From Octopus vulgaris (taxonomy: Eukaryota), in contig OX597822.1 of assembly GCA_951406725.2 (NCBI GenBank), positions 42,718,001-42,782,000 of the forward strand: a stretch of 64,000 nucleotides of DNA. Direction: 5' to 3'. The notes under the pieces are model-generated. The model made no database searches and had not been told where the DNA came from. It saw only the letters and a list, made by a program, of their open reading frames with translations. Positions 1 through 12,385 of this stretch are shown here, in pieces; position 1 is the stretch's first letter; every line of letters starts with the position of its first letter. Position numbers and translations under genes: made by a program.

Positions 1-2172
1 GTGTTGTGAGTAATGTTGGTAGATGGAAATGGGAAGAAGCCAGTTGTGTATGTGCACATGTGTATCTGTGCTTGCCCTTCCCACTTCTTGACAACTAGTG
101 TTGGTTTGTTTACATTCCTGTATGCTAGCGGTTCATCAATCGAGACTGATAAAATAAGTACCAGGCTTATAAGTACCATACTGAAGGGATGAAAGAAAGT
201 CGACCTCAGCAGGATTTGAACCCAGAACACAAACACCCAGAAGGATTTTGTGCTAATGATGCTGCCAGCTCACTGCCATATATGCATATGTTAGAAGCCA
301 TTATCATTATGATCTTCATCACCATAAAAGATCAACGGGTGACAGAATTCTTTTTTTTTTTCTACTCTAGGCACAAGGCCCGAAATTTTGGGGGAGGGGG
401 CCAGTCGATTAGATCAACCCCAGTATGCAACTGGTACTTAATTTATCGACCCTGAAAGGATGAAAGGCAAAGTCGACCTTGGCGGAATTTGAACTCAGAA
501 CATAAAGACAGACGAGGGTGACAGAATAATTAAAACATCAGACAACATTTCTGGCTGTATCTAGTGATATTACTTTAGCTTAGGGGGTTCAAATCCAACA
601 CGTATCAACTTATTTATACATTCTAGGGTTGACTAAATAAGTGCCAACTGTGTGTTCATCACCAGCAATGCCTGGACATTACGTCCTGAGTCAAACTCGT
701 GGGGCCAGTAACATGGTTTTTATAGTGCTTAAGGGTCAGAATGGGGCAACAGTCCATTGCAGGGTTACTCTTTACAGCTGAATGAAGTGAAACAACATAA
801 AAGGGTGTGTTTTACTCAATAACACAATGCATTGCTCAGTCCAGGAACTGAAACCATGATTACAGGAACACCCTAACCACTAAGCCACACATCTTCATTT
901 TGTGTATTCGGGTTGATATCATCAGTAATACCCTTCTCTGTAATTTATGACCTAGTGCCACAGGATAAAGATTAATCAGGAATTATTGTATCTCAAGGGT
1001 TTGGAGGAGTGGAGTGAGGAGAAACAATCATTAAAACCCATTGACACCATGGTTTTGAGGTTGGACATGAGAGGTTGTCCTTTATGCTTTGTTGAATGAG
1101 CAAATCTACAGTTGGCAGAAATAATGGACATTGGTAAGTGGCAAATGGACTAGTCTGTTAAGGCTGGCCTGAAATATGTAGTAGAATGCTTTGCAAAAGC
1201 AGCCAGCAGAGTGGCTGCTTGTTTTGTGCAAAGGGCACAAAATACAACTGATACAGCAGACGATGCAGGTAAAAGTGCAGAAGTTTATGTACAATATGGT
1301 ACTGTGACTTGGAGACAAGTGACAGTTGTCATAATCATCAGCATTTAACAATACAGTTTTCCATGCTGGCATGGGCTGGATCGTTTGACAAGAGCCAGCA
1401 AGGCCAGGAGTCGCATCAGGTTTCATTTACTGTTTTGGCATGGTTTCTACAGCTGGATGTCCTTCTGAATGCAAACCACTTTTTAGAGTAATGGGTGTTT
1501 TTTTACACAGCGCCAGTGCCTTTCACATGGCACCAGCACTGATAGGGTCACTAAGGACCTTATGAGTATTTTAGGGTAAACACTCTTGTACTGAGGGAGC
1601 TGCTGTACTCTGTCTCAGAATGCAAGAATCAATGCCTAATTAGTGGATGAAGTAACATTGCAGGGGTTTTGGCATTTTACACCACAAACACCAGAGCTGC
1701 CTGGAGCCACTTACCATTGTAGACAACAGAACTCCTAAACAATAGCATGAGTTTTGTGGAGTTAGATGCTGTGACACTGAGCTGGATATCATCCTCAATG
1801 CTCATTGCTTCAAATATAGGCTACATCTGTTCCCACAATCAGCAGTGACTTGGTCAGTGAATCCTCTGCGACAGTCAACTATTATCAGCAAGATGAGCTG
1901 CCATGGATCACACTATCCCAAAGTGTGTAAGCATGTGACCAGGGACATATTGAACTTGTATTTCCACTGAAACTCCCAAACAGGACTTGATGGTTGGAGC
2001 TGGCACAACCCACTTCGAGTGAATGGCACCAAAAGTACAAGTTAAAGACAACGCTCAATCTTGCTGAACCACTCTTTTGTTAAATAACCTACAATGACAC
2101 AATGACACAGACATGTCGTTAATTAACCTATTCTAATGCTACAGAACATACGCACAGCTGAGTTCTGAGGTT

Positions 2173-2222
<50 letters not shown>

Positions 2223-2266
2223 AATGGCTAATGTAATGGTGTTTTTTTTTGGGTGGTGTCACTCAC

Positions 2267-2339
2267 CATTGGACAACTAGAAAAACTTCTTACAACATAT
2301 TTCATTGATGGTTGGTGATGTAGAACCACAGTGATACAT
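2267..2339 (-). other. Putative exon of the same minus-strand gene (coding or 5'UTR, ends in ATG|GTGAGT)
   Basis: Minus-strand acceptor ...ATAATCAG and strong donor ATG|GTGAGT enclose 73 nt. The open frame xCITVVLHHQPSMKYVVRSFSSCPM is phase 2 in, phase 0 out. Confidence 0.35.
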
Positions 2340-2361
2340 CTGATTATGATGAGACAGACAA

Positions 2362-2396
<35 letters not shown>

Positions 2397-2633
2397 TAAG
2401 CAGTGAGTGTGCCTGTGCAAGTATATACATACACACACATATATATTGTGTATCAAAGAGGGAAGAGAGGGGATAGGCTGTTGGTAATTCACACAATGTG
2501 TCTGTTATGCTAGAAATGGACTGGTGATAGAGGTGATGAACATAATGATGTATGGTGGTGGTGGTGGTGGTGGTGGTAGCCAGAGGGGGAAGTGGTTATG
2601 CTGTTGCATTCATTTACTCTCAATCTCCCATAC

Positions 2634-2703
2634 GTTGTCTATCATATCAACCAAAATGTCTTTATCCAACGCCACAGATATCTCCTCCTCTTCCTTCTCC
2701 CAA
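2634..2703 (-). CDS. Putative internal exon of an unidentified minus-strand gene (xWEKEEEEISVALDKDILVDMIDN)
   Basis: Minus-strand acceptor CTGTCCTTCTTCAG and donor AAC|GTATGG enclose 70 nt with only one open frame (phase 2 in, phase 0 out). No protein family recognised. Confidence 0.35.
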
Positions 2704-5700
2704 CTGAAGAAGGACAGATTGAAGTTTTTGCTATGACACAATGAATGCATTCATTAGGTGTGTATGTGTGTAGATTCATTGTCAGTCCAAGTGTGTCTGT
2801 GTTTGTATTAGTGTGAGTGTGTATAAGTATAGATTGGGTTATATGAATCAGTGTGTGTGTGTGTGAGAGAGAGAAAGAGAATAGATATGCGTAATAGACC
2901 TGTTGAACTCTTGTCAGCATAGAGAAACCAACAAGAAACCTGATGTTAATACAACAATGACTGAGCATCTGGTGGCCACTAGGTCTGCAAGAAACTACAG
3001 GCAAATCTCCCTCAAATAACACCCTAGTGTCAGATAAGAAAAAAGGACACATTAGATAATGTAATCCCAGATATGCTAATTAAAAAAAAACCCACAGGAT
3101 GTTCATCAGAGTTGATATGTTGGGTGATAGCTCCACTGGATTAGTGAAGACTTGGAATTAATGACTACAATTCAAACTGTTAGAAATAGCAACCAAGTAC
3201 CTTATCCTTTGCTTGTTTCAGTCATTAGACTGTCGTCTAGCTGGAGTACCGCCTTCAAGAATTATTTTTTTTTTAAAGCCTGGTGCTTATTTTATCAGTC
3301 TCTTTTACCAAACTGCTAAGTTACAGGGAATGTAAACACATCAATACCACTTATCAAGTGGTGGGACACACACACATACACACATAATGGGTTTCTTTTA
3401 GTTTCTGTCTTCCAAATCCACTCACAAGACTGGTTGGCCTAAGGCTATTGTAGAAGACACTTGCCCAAGGTACCAGGCAGTGGGACTGAACCCGGAAGCA
3501 TGTGGTTGGGAAGCAAACTTCTTACCACACAGTCATTTTAGCACCTATACTTTGAAACCATACCCTACTCTCTAAAAAAAAAAAACAAGAGGACACATTG
3601 GATAATGTAGTCTTAGATACACCATGGCTGACTAAAAGACAGGATGGTCACAGCCTGGTACCCTTGATCATAGGTTTGTTGAATAAGGGCTACTAACCCA
3701 AGCTTAAATAACAATAAAGGAGTTGAAAACAATGGTGTTCATGAATGTATATATCATCATCATCATTGTTTAACGTCCTCTTTCCATGCAGGCATGGGTT
3801 GGACGATTTGACTGAGGACTGGCAAACCAGACGGCTGCACCAGGCTCCAATCTTGATCTGGCAGATACATATATATACTCAATGTCTAAATATATTTAGA
3901 AAAGATGGAGCATAAGAAAGGTCCACTGTGGAATGAGGTGGTGGTGGTTGCTACGGTGGAAATGGTGATGGCGGCGATGACGATGGTGATGGCAACAATG
4001 ATAACAGCGATGATGACAAATGACAAAACCATACACAAAAGACATATCTGCACAAACACCTGCACATCCATATATGTCTATATACATTCTGAGACCCCCT
4101 TCGGTCATGACACGGACCATGGGATTGCACCTAGAAAGTTACCCTCCCAGACACAAGTCCAGGCAAGGTTGTTTATGGAAGACCAGCAGTCGCCCATGCA
4201 CACCGGCCTCCCCTCTCCACGCCACCAGTGTTATCCAAGGGAAAGGCAACAGCCAATACACCTTGGCACCTGTGAAATCGCAACTCACTTCTACAGCTGA
4301 GTGAACTGGAGCAACGTGAAATAAAGCGTCTTGCTCAAGAACACAACACGCAGCCCGGTCATCCGGGATTCGAGCTCACAACCTCACGATCGTAAGCTCG
4401 ACGCTCTAACTACTGAGCCATGCGCCTTCACATCTATATACATAGATACACGCAAATTATAGACAGGTACACGTGCACTTACAAGCTCACATACAAACAC
4501 ATGTATAGATGCATGTACTCATACTCTCTCTCTCTCTCACGCGCGCAGTATAGCTGACAAGGAAATGCTAAAATAAAGTTTCCATCTGTTGTGAATTTCA
4601 CAACTGACAGAACCACCACCAACACCGCCGTGTGTGTGGCCAAACACAGTTACACACACACAATGGTCATTCAGTCATCAACATCAACTGATGTTATTTT
4701 CATCGTAAACATCAATGTCCCATCAATGCAATATAATACTGCATACACGCACTATATGTGTGTATATATGTGTGTGTGTGTGTAAGTTTCTGTGCATGTG
4801 TATATAGATGTGTATATGTAGGTGTCTAAAAGAAACTGATAAGACGCAAGAAAACTCATTAAATATATAGAATATAATGAAGACTGTGTGTGTGAGAGCA
4901 AGAAGGTGAGTGTAGAAGGGAGTGTGGGTGTGCGACAGAGTGAGTGAGTGAGAATGTGTGAAGGGTTCGTGAATATATGTGATGTGCGTGTGCGTAAACC
5001 TGGTTATAAATGTGCGTGTGTACATGTTTAACTGAGGTCAGCCAGAAAAATTTGCAACTCATGGTTTGTCAAAGTAACTCTCGGTCAATTGGCAGAGTGA
5101 AATGTCATTTTTCAGTAAGTAAATAGAAATCCGAGTGTTGCAGGTGTGGCTGAACAGATCTACAATCGATGACAAACCAACTGTGGCCATCTTGTCGTTT
5201 TGTATATCTGGGACCAAAATGTCCATCCAAATACCCTCCCCATTTAAGATGGTAGGGTGTGAGTAGTGGAGAGATATGGCTATAATTTTTAACAGTGCAC
5301 TAACTGACCATGACCAACTAGTAGAGGCTCATGCATACCAGTGAGGATTTGGTGATGGTAGCAGAACTAAGAGTTCCAACATATTAATCAAACATGCCGC
5401 TTTCAGGGGTTTTTTTTTTCTTTTGTAGCTGAGAAAGATTTAATTTACCAAATTTAAGATATTTATTTAGTGAGTTCATTTGTCCATTTTTGCCTTGGGT
5501 CATTTAAAATTTTTTTATGTCCATTTTTCCATGCAGGTAAGGGTTAGATGAGCATATTGTTGAACCAATGTTTCACAATCAGATGTCATTCCTGTTGCTA
5601 ACCTTTACCCGCTTTTCAAGTAAGAGGAACTCTTATTCCACATGTTTTTAAAGGTGCAAAGCCAGCAGATGAGCTGTTGACAGGTGACATGACAATGACG

Positions 5701-6210
5701 CCGCTTGTAGCTCAGTGATTTTTGGAGAAGTGCAAATAGAAAAATGCAGATACACATGTACACATATGCAAATGGATTTGGTAGGCAAAAACTGAGAGAA
5801 GCCAGATGAATTCAATAAAAATACACACACACCAAAGAAGCATGGCTAAGTGGTTAGAGAATTGGGCTCAAAATCATGTAGTACTGAGTTCAATTCCCAG
5901 ACAGGGCTGTGCATTGTGTTCATGAGCAAGACAGTTTATTTCATGTTGCTCCTGTTCACTCAGCTGTAGAAATGAGTTGTGACATCACTGGTACCAAGTT
6001 GTATCAGCCTTTGCCCTTCCCTTGGATAACATCGGTGGCATGGAGATGGGAGACTGGTATACATGGGTGACTGCTGGTCTTCCATAAACAACCTTGCCCG
6101 GACTTGTGCCTCAGAGTGTAACTAGGTGCAATCTCATGGTCATTCATGACCAAAAGGTGTCTTTATCCTTTTCCATATATATATACATACACACACACAC
6201 ACATATATAC

Positions 6211-6415
6211 CAGAGTAAGAAAAATGTGAAACAAGGTGGAAAAAATAGTACTGGAATACCAGAGGTAGAGTAATATGCTTTATTAAAAAGCAGCAAAAAT
6301 ATCACAAAAACTGTTACTCAGTTTCATCTTCCCGTTCGTTGGACAGTTTGGATGAACAGGAACGTGAAACTCTGAGTAACAGTTTTTGTGATATTTTTGC
6401 TGTTTTTTAATAAAG
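6211..6415. mobile_element. Fold-back element with degenerate hammerhead
   Basis: Inverted arms 6278-6338 / 6352-6415. The minus strand reads AAACUGU-CCAACGA-ACGGGAAGAU-GAAAC-UGA-GUA/ACAGUUU. TA/CA microsatellites flank it. Confidence 0.6.
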
Positions 6416-7229
6416 TATATATATACACACACACATACATACACACACGTGTGTGTAGCCTTGTCTTGACATCATGTGATGATTGTAAATGAGTTTGACT
6501 GTTGTACAAGTGAATTTGTTGGTTTCCAGTCTTCTGTGAGAGACATATCTAATCATGAGGAAATATTACCTTGCTTAGAAACCAGTGAAGGTTGGCAGCA
6601 GGAAGGGCATCCAGGTGTAGAAAAATCTACTTCAAAAAATTCTGTCTGCCCTATTGCAAGCATGGAAAATTGGACATTAAAATGATGATGATATAAAACA
6701 GGCTTCTTTCAGTTTCTTTTTATCAAATCCACTCATGAGGATTTGTTTGGCCTGGAACTATAGTAGAAACACTTGCTTAAGAAGCTACGCATTGAGGATA
6801 CTTCTTAATCACATTCATATTCGTACCTAACTAATTATTATTACTAATTAATCAAAGGTGGCAAGCTGGTAGAATTGTTAGCACCCTGGATGAAATGCTT
6901 AGCAGTATTTTGCCTGTCGTTCTGAGTTCAAATTCCACTGAGGTCGACTTTGCCTTTCATCCTTTCGGGGTCAATAAAATAAGTACCAGTGGGACACTGG
7001 GGTTGATGTAATCAACTCATCCCCACCTCCCCCAAGCTGCCCTTGTGGAAAAACTTGAAATAATTATTACTAATTAATTAGAATATATGTAAATTTTTAG
7101 GTTTTCCAACGTTCATTGAGTGAAAACAATCTAAAACTTTCAGTCTGTCTAGCAACAAAAGTGATTTATATTGGATGAGGGTGGGGTACTTACCTGCTCA
7201 TCCCTGCCACCAAAATCCCAAATGTTTAA

Positions 7230-7665
7230 CCCTTAAACATTCAGATTATCCTGTCAAATGTAATGCTTATTTATTCCCATTGTTTTGAACTAATCCTTTA
7301 GCATTCAGGTTAATTAAATCAAATATGCTTATCGATTCCCACTGCTTTGGATTAATCATGTATTATCTCACAGTTTTGAAATTTCAATGATGTGATTGTT
7401 TATTTTTAAAATGACATTGTAAGGTAAGTGTGAGAGGCTGGATCTGTCCACTTTGACAATACAACAGGTAAATATTTGAGCCAGATATGACCAGTTTAAA
7501 TGCTAAAGGGTTAATTATATTATACGTTATCTCATAGCTTGGAAACTTTGATGATTTGATAATTTATTTCTAGAATGACAATGTAGGGCTGGTGAGAGAG
7601 GTCAGATCTAACCATTTTGAACAAAAACATTTCAGCTGGATATAGCTGATTTAAATGCTAAAAAG
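7230..7665. mobile_element. piggyBac-type MITE with a second copy nested inside (about 7294-7510)
   Basis: TTAA|CCCTT...CATTCAG left ends and AATGCTAAAGGG|TTAA right ends each occur twice, and the internal sequence is duplicated. Confidence 0.7.
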
Positions 7666-8269
7666 TTAATCCCCACATGGACAACCTAAAGCCTGCAGGA
7701 TTATCTAAAGGACATGCTTAACAAAAAATTACCTTGAAATTTTTTTTGTAATGTAGCTCACCTGATGATGAGCCACATCACATGCAGCCCACTTCTTTAA
7801 AGAGTTGTCCATGCCTGGTTTAAATCTGGTTAAACCCCTTAGAAACCAAGTTTCACTGCCCTCATTGTTTACGTATTGTCATGGAGACATCATCACCTTC
7901 AGGACTTCACTTTAAAAAACTCCCTACCCTCGTTTACTTACAGAACAGAGGCAACACTTCACACTGTTACTTTGAACCTTGTCATAGCTAAATCCTCATC
8001 CATCACAGAAAACATATCATATTAGATGTATGACATGGACATCACAAGCTGTATAGCGTAAAGCCTTCCAAATAAAAACCGATATGAAGGATGCAGGTTG
8101 TTCTTTGCTACCCTCTCCTCACTTGGGACAAATTCTCTGGCATTGCTGATATCTTGAAGAACATTGGTAGCAGTCCATGATGTGATTGTAAAAGGAGGGA
8201 CAATAAGAATATTGATGCAAAGATGTTCTCTGAAATGAATAATATACTGGGTAAACTAGAACATATGTT

Positions 8270-10090
8270 GGTCAGTCATGTAGTACAAAAGAGGATCACT
8301 CCCAACAACTGACATTGTGTTTATTAATTGCTACAAAGGCAAAGAAAATGTTCTGAGAAGAAGCAACTACAGAGGCACCAAAATGAGGGACCAGTTAATA
8401 AAATCAGCAGAAACAGTTATAGCACAACTAATTAGGAAAACAGTTTAAATGAAATATAGTTTAGGTTTGATGATGATAATGTTTGTACCAGGGTGGGGTA
8501 GCACTATTGTATTCTTTCTGAGAAACTACAAAAACAGATTCTCAGAAAGGAGTAAGCCATTATACTTAGTATTCATATACTTGGGAAGGTCCTTTAATTG
8601 AATACTATGTGCTGTAATCTGGTGCTGACTAATAAAACTAAGCGGAGATGAATGGCACATGAATGGCAGTACAAACCATGTACAATGATGCTGGCAGTTA
8701 AGTGAGAGCTGGAAAGGAATGAAGCAAGATTTAGCATGTAGATAGGTGCCCATGAAGGATTGGCTTTCAATACCTTCCTGTTAACATAGTAGAGGAGTTT
8801 AATATTGGCTATCCATGAGAACTTCTGTATGCCAATGACCTAGTTCTCGTATCTGAATAAAAAACAAATTCCAAATGTGGAAGGGAAAACCCAAAATCAA
8901 GGCAGCCTTAAACTTAGCAAAGTCAAGGTTCAACAAGCAGGAAAGCGGACATAACACAGTTGCCATCTACAAAGTGGGCATATATCATCATCATCCAGTG
9001 TTTTAAATCTAGGTTTTGTCCCTGTTAATGGGGGTGGCCGGATTTACTTCAATGCCATAGCAACCGAGGTAGGCAGGTGCAGCCCACCTCAACCTTTGAG
9101 CTGGCTGGTGCCCATTCTCCTTTGCTATCATGAGGCTTTTTTGGAGCTGGATTTTCTACAGGGAGCATGCTCTTGCTTAACCCCCAATCTCAGTTTCTAG
9201 ACATGAGTGGTCCCGAGACCAAGGCCTCTACTATGATTTTTAAGAAATGTGGTGGAAAACTAACTCAGGAAGGCAGGGACACTACTCCTTGAGACCCCTT
9301 TTGGAGCCCCACCTACCTATGATATGTAGAATAGGAGTAGATGGGAATGTAACTATGGATATGTAAGAGATGTAGAGAGATTAGTAAAGAAGACATATTT
9401 TGTAGATGCGTAGGAGATGCGTAAAACATTCTTTCATATATTTGGAAGACTCCAAAGAAGTTAGTAGCTTCTGTCACCTAGGTCGTTGTGGCATTCCGTT
9501 GGTTACAACGACAAGGGTTCTAGTTGATCCGATCAATGGAACAGCCTGCTCCTGAAATTAATGTGCAAATGGCTGAGCACCTTAATGTAGTTCTCAGGGA
9601 GATTCAGCATGACACAGAGTGTGGCAAGGCTGGCCCTTTGAGATACAGGTACAACAGAAAGAGGAAGAAAGAGTGAAAGAAAATTGTGGTGAAAGAGTAT
9701 AGCAGGGTTCGCCACTACTCCCTGCCGAAACCTTGTGGAACTTTAGGTGTTTTCACTCAATAAACACTCACAACACCCAGTCTTGGAATTGAAACCGTGA
9801 TCCTATGACCGCGAGTCTGCTGCCCTAACCACTAGGCCATTGTGCCTCCATGTCACCAAGGTAAACAAATCAACAATGAAGATTTCAAAAGCATAGTAAC
9901 TAGAGTAAGAACAAGGTGGGAAAAGTTTAGGGTGCTTTTACATCAGCTAGCAACAAATTGATATTCTCACTTAGGAAAGGGCAGAACGTATGATGCTTGT
10001 GCATGAAGTGTAATACTGCATGGTAGCAAAATATGGGCACTGAATGCAGATGTGCTAAGTCTGGAAAGAAATGAGTTAAGGATGTGTTAA
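8270..10090 (+). mobile_element. Degenerate RTE-clade LINE RT fragments, interrupted by other repeats
   Basis: YKGKENVLRRSNYRG, FVPG, KPLYLVFIYLGRSF (cf. AFVDLEKAFD) and ELLYANDL (cf. YADD); sequence resumes near 9850. Confidence 0.7.
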
Positions 10091-10095
10091 GTTAG

Positions 10096-10372
10096 AATGA
10101 GTATCTCAAAGCATTTAGAATAATCTAATTAGGTAAGGTGAATTTGAAGTCTTACAGCTGTTTCTGGGGTAACCCAAGTGGTTAATTAGCATATCTGTGC
10201 ACTGGTTATTCCGTCATCAGAGACAAGGTATGAAAGTGTATGGATATGCTAACCAACCATTTGGGTTATCCCACAAACAGCTGTAAGACTTCAAATTCAC
10301 CTTATCCTAATTAAATTATTCTAAATGACACTTGAGATCTCGTTCTGCCTTGGTTTTGATTTTTCCTTTAAT
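10096..10372. mobile_element. Fold-back element with hammerhead (Penelope inverted-pLTR-like)
   Basis: ~100-bp inverted arms (10096-10196 vs 10243-10345), a short tail, then (TA)n. Confidence 0.7.
10149..10224 (-). ncRNA. Type I hammerhead ribozyme motif inside an inverted-repeat element
   Basis: Minus strand GUCU-CUGAUGA-c-GGAAUAACC...GGUUACCCC-a-GAAAC-AGCU-GUA/AGAC. Stem I and stem III match the 57972 motif; stem II is longer and partly mismatched. Confidence 0.65.
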
Positions 10373-12321
10373 ATATATATATATATATATATACACATAA
10401 GGATATTATTGTTTACAATAATATCAAATGGTAGAGCATGTGTAAATAAGTGAAACATTTATGGGTCGTAGTAGTCTTCTGGCTGCTATTTCAGTGTCCT
10501 GGCGCCACCCTTAATGACAGACAGATAGATAGATTTATAGATAGATAGATATGACCGGTCTATGAGGTTAGACCGGTCATCATCATCATCGTTTAACGTC
10601 CGTCTTCCATGCATACACATGGGTAGGACGGTTGACGGGAGCCGGCCAGGTAGAAGACGAACAGAAGGTTTATCTATATACTCTACTCCTCTAGAATTTA
10701 TTAAAGTCTGCTTCTTTTTCGGATTCATGATTTATTAACGACACACACACACTGTATAAGATGGGAAGGATAAAAAAAGAAGGCAGTGCTATAATGATGT
10801 TGGTGATGAAAGAAATCAAAATAGACTGTATGTGTGTTAATGATATTACCGGTGATAACTTCAGGGTTAGAGGTGGTGCGAACAAGGTGTGTATGGAATT
10901 TACGTTTATCCCTGGCAGTCTAAATATCAATAAAGTTTTATCTTTATATTCTATCTGTTTATCAATCTTTGGTACACAAATATACAGTCATTCATACATA
11001 CACAGATTCACACACACACACACACACACGTACTTACATTCACACGTCGCTGTTGCTATTCATCTTTTGTCTATGTGTAGTATTTCATGTGTAAATACCA
11101 AATAGATGAATAGATGGAGATAACATGCAATAGATTGATTAAAAAGGATGGTAGAAAGTACGTCGTACACACAGTACTCACACACACAAGGTGTGTATTA
11201 TGTATCTGTGCCTATGTGCGTATGCTTGCATGTATGTGCGGGCACACACACACACACACATGCATGCATGCACAAGCACACTGCAACCAAATAATGGAAG
11301 CCGGGAGTAAGATAGAAACGACAAGTAAACTCGGCATAAGGCATTTTACACAGCAATCAATCAACAAAGTGTGCTTGACACGTATAGAAACAATGAACCA
11401 TACATATACACACAATGAGACACGTACACACATACACACAACGAGACACGTATTTATATATACACAATGGTATCAGCTATTTCATCAGTTACATAGATGA
11501 CTTGCTTAAATAAAAGTACCAACCAAGGCAGATGGAATCACAGATCAACCAAACGGATAAGGAAGTGTGTGAGTGTATAGAGATAAGGGGTGGGGCAGCA
11601 TTTTATCTATATATCTATCCCAACATCATCATCATCATCATGATCATCATCATCGCCAGAACAGTATTTAAATTCGAAAAGAAACTAGTCGTCAGGCGGC
11701 CACATAATCGGGGAGCAGTTCCACAAATGTTAACTGCCTTAAAATGATCCCTGAATTTGTGGCAACGTAATGCACAATAATTGAGAAAAGCGGGGGGGGG
11801 GAAGGTGGTGGTGGTGTTGGCGGCGGCAATTGGTAGCACTGACAGGAGAAGATGAAGAAAGTAAGAAAGAAATAGAAGAAGTAGAAGGAGAATGTAGGCG
11901 GAGGTGAAGAAGAAGGAAAGAAAGAATGTAATTATGAGAAACGAGAGAGAGAGAGAGGGAGAGAGAGATTAAAAAAAAAAAAAAAAATGATGAAATGGAG
12001 ATCTGAGAGGATGGAGAGAATTACAAGCGGCAAAGGTGTGTGAATCAGGACGGTGAAAAGAGACAGACACACACACAATAGATACTAGTTTATACAAATA
12101 TTTCTCTACATAATTATACACATACATACACACATTTCCCTAACATACTCAGTACACACACACACACACATACAGACACACACTACAGAAGCGTTACAAT
12201 TCTACTCTTATATTACACAAACATATGTACATCTTGTACTTATAAAAACACACACTAACATAAGAACTTCCTGAAACAGACACACCTTTAACAAATGTGA
12301 GCTTGTGCGCGCGCATGTATG

Positions 12322-12385
<64 letters not shown>

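Noticed and set aside
1570-2050. Minus-strand QYVPGH motif resembling LINE RNase H (WVPGH)
   Set aside because: Too degenerate to support by eye; needs a translated search against TE proteins.
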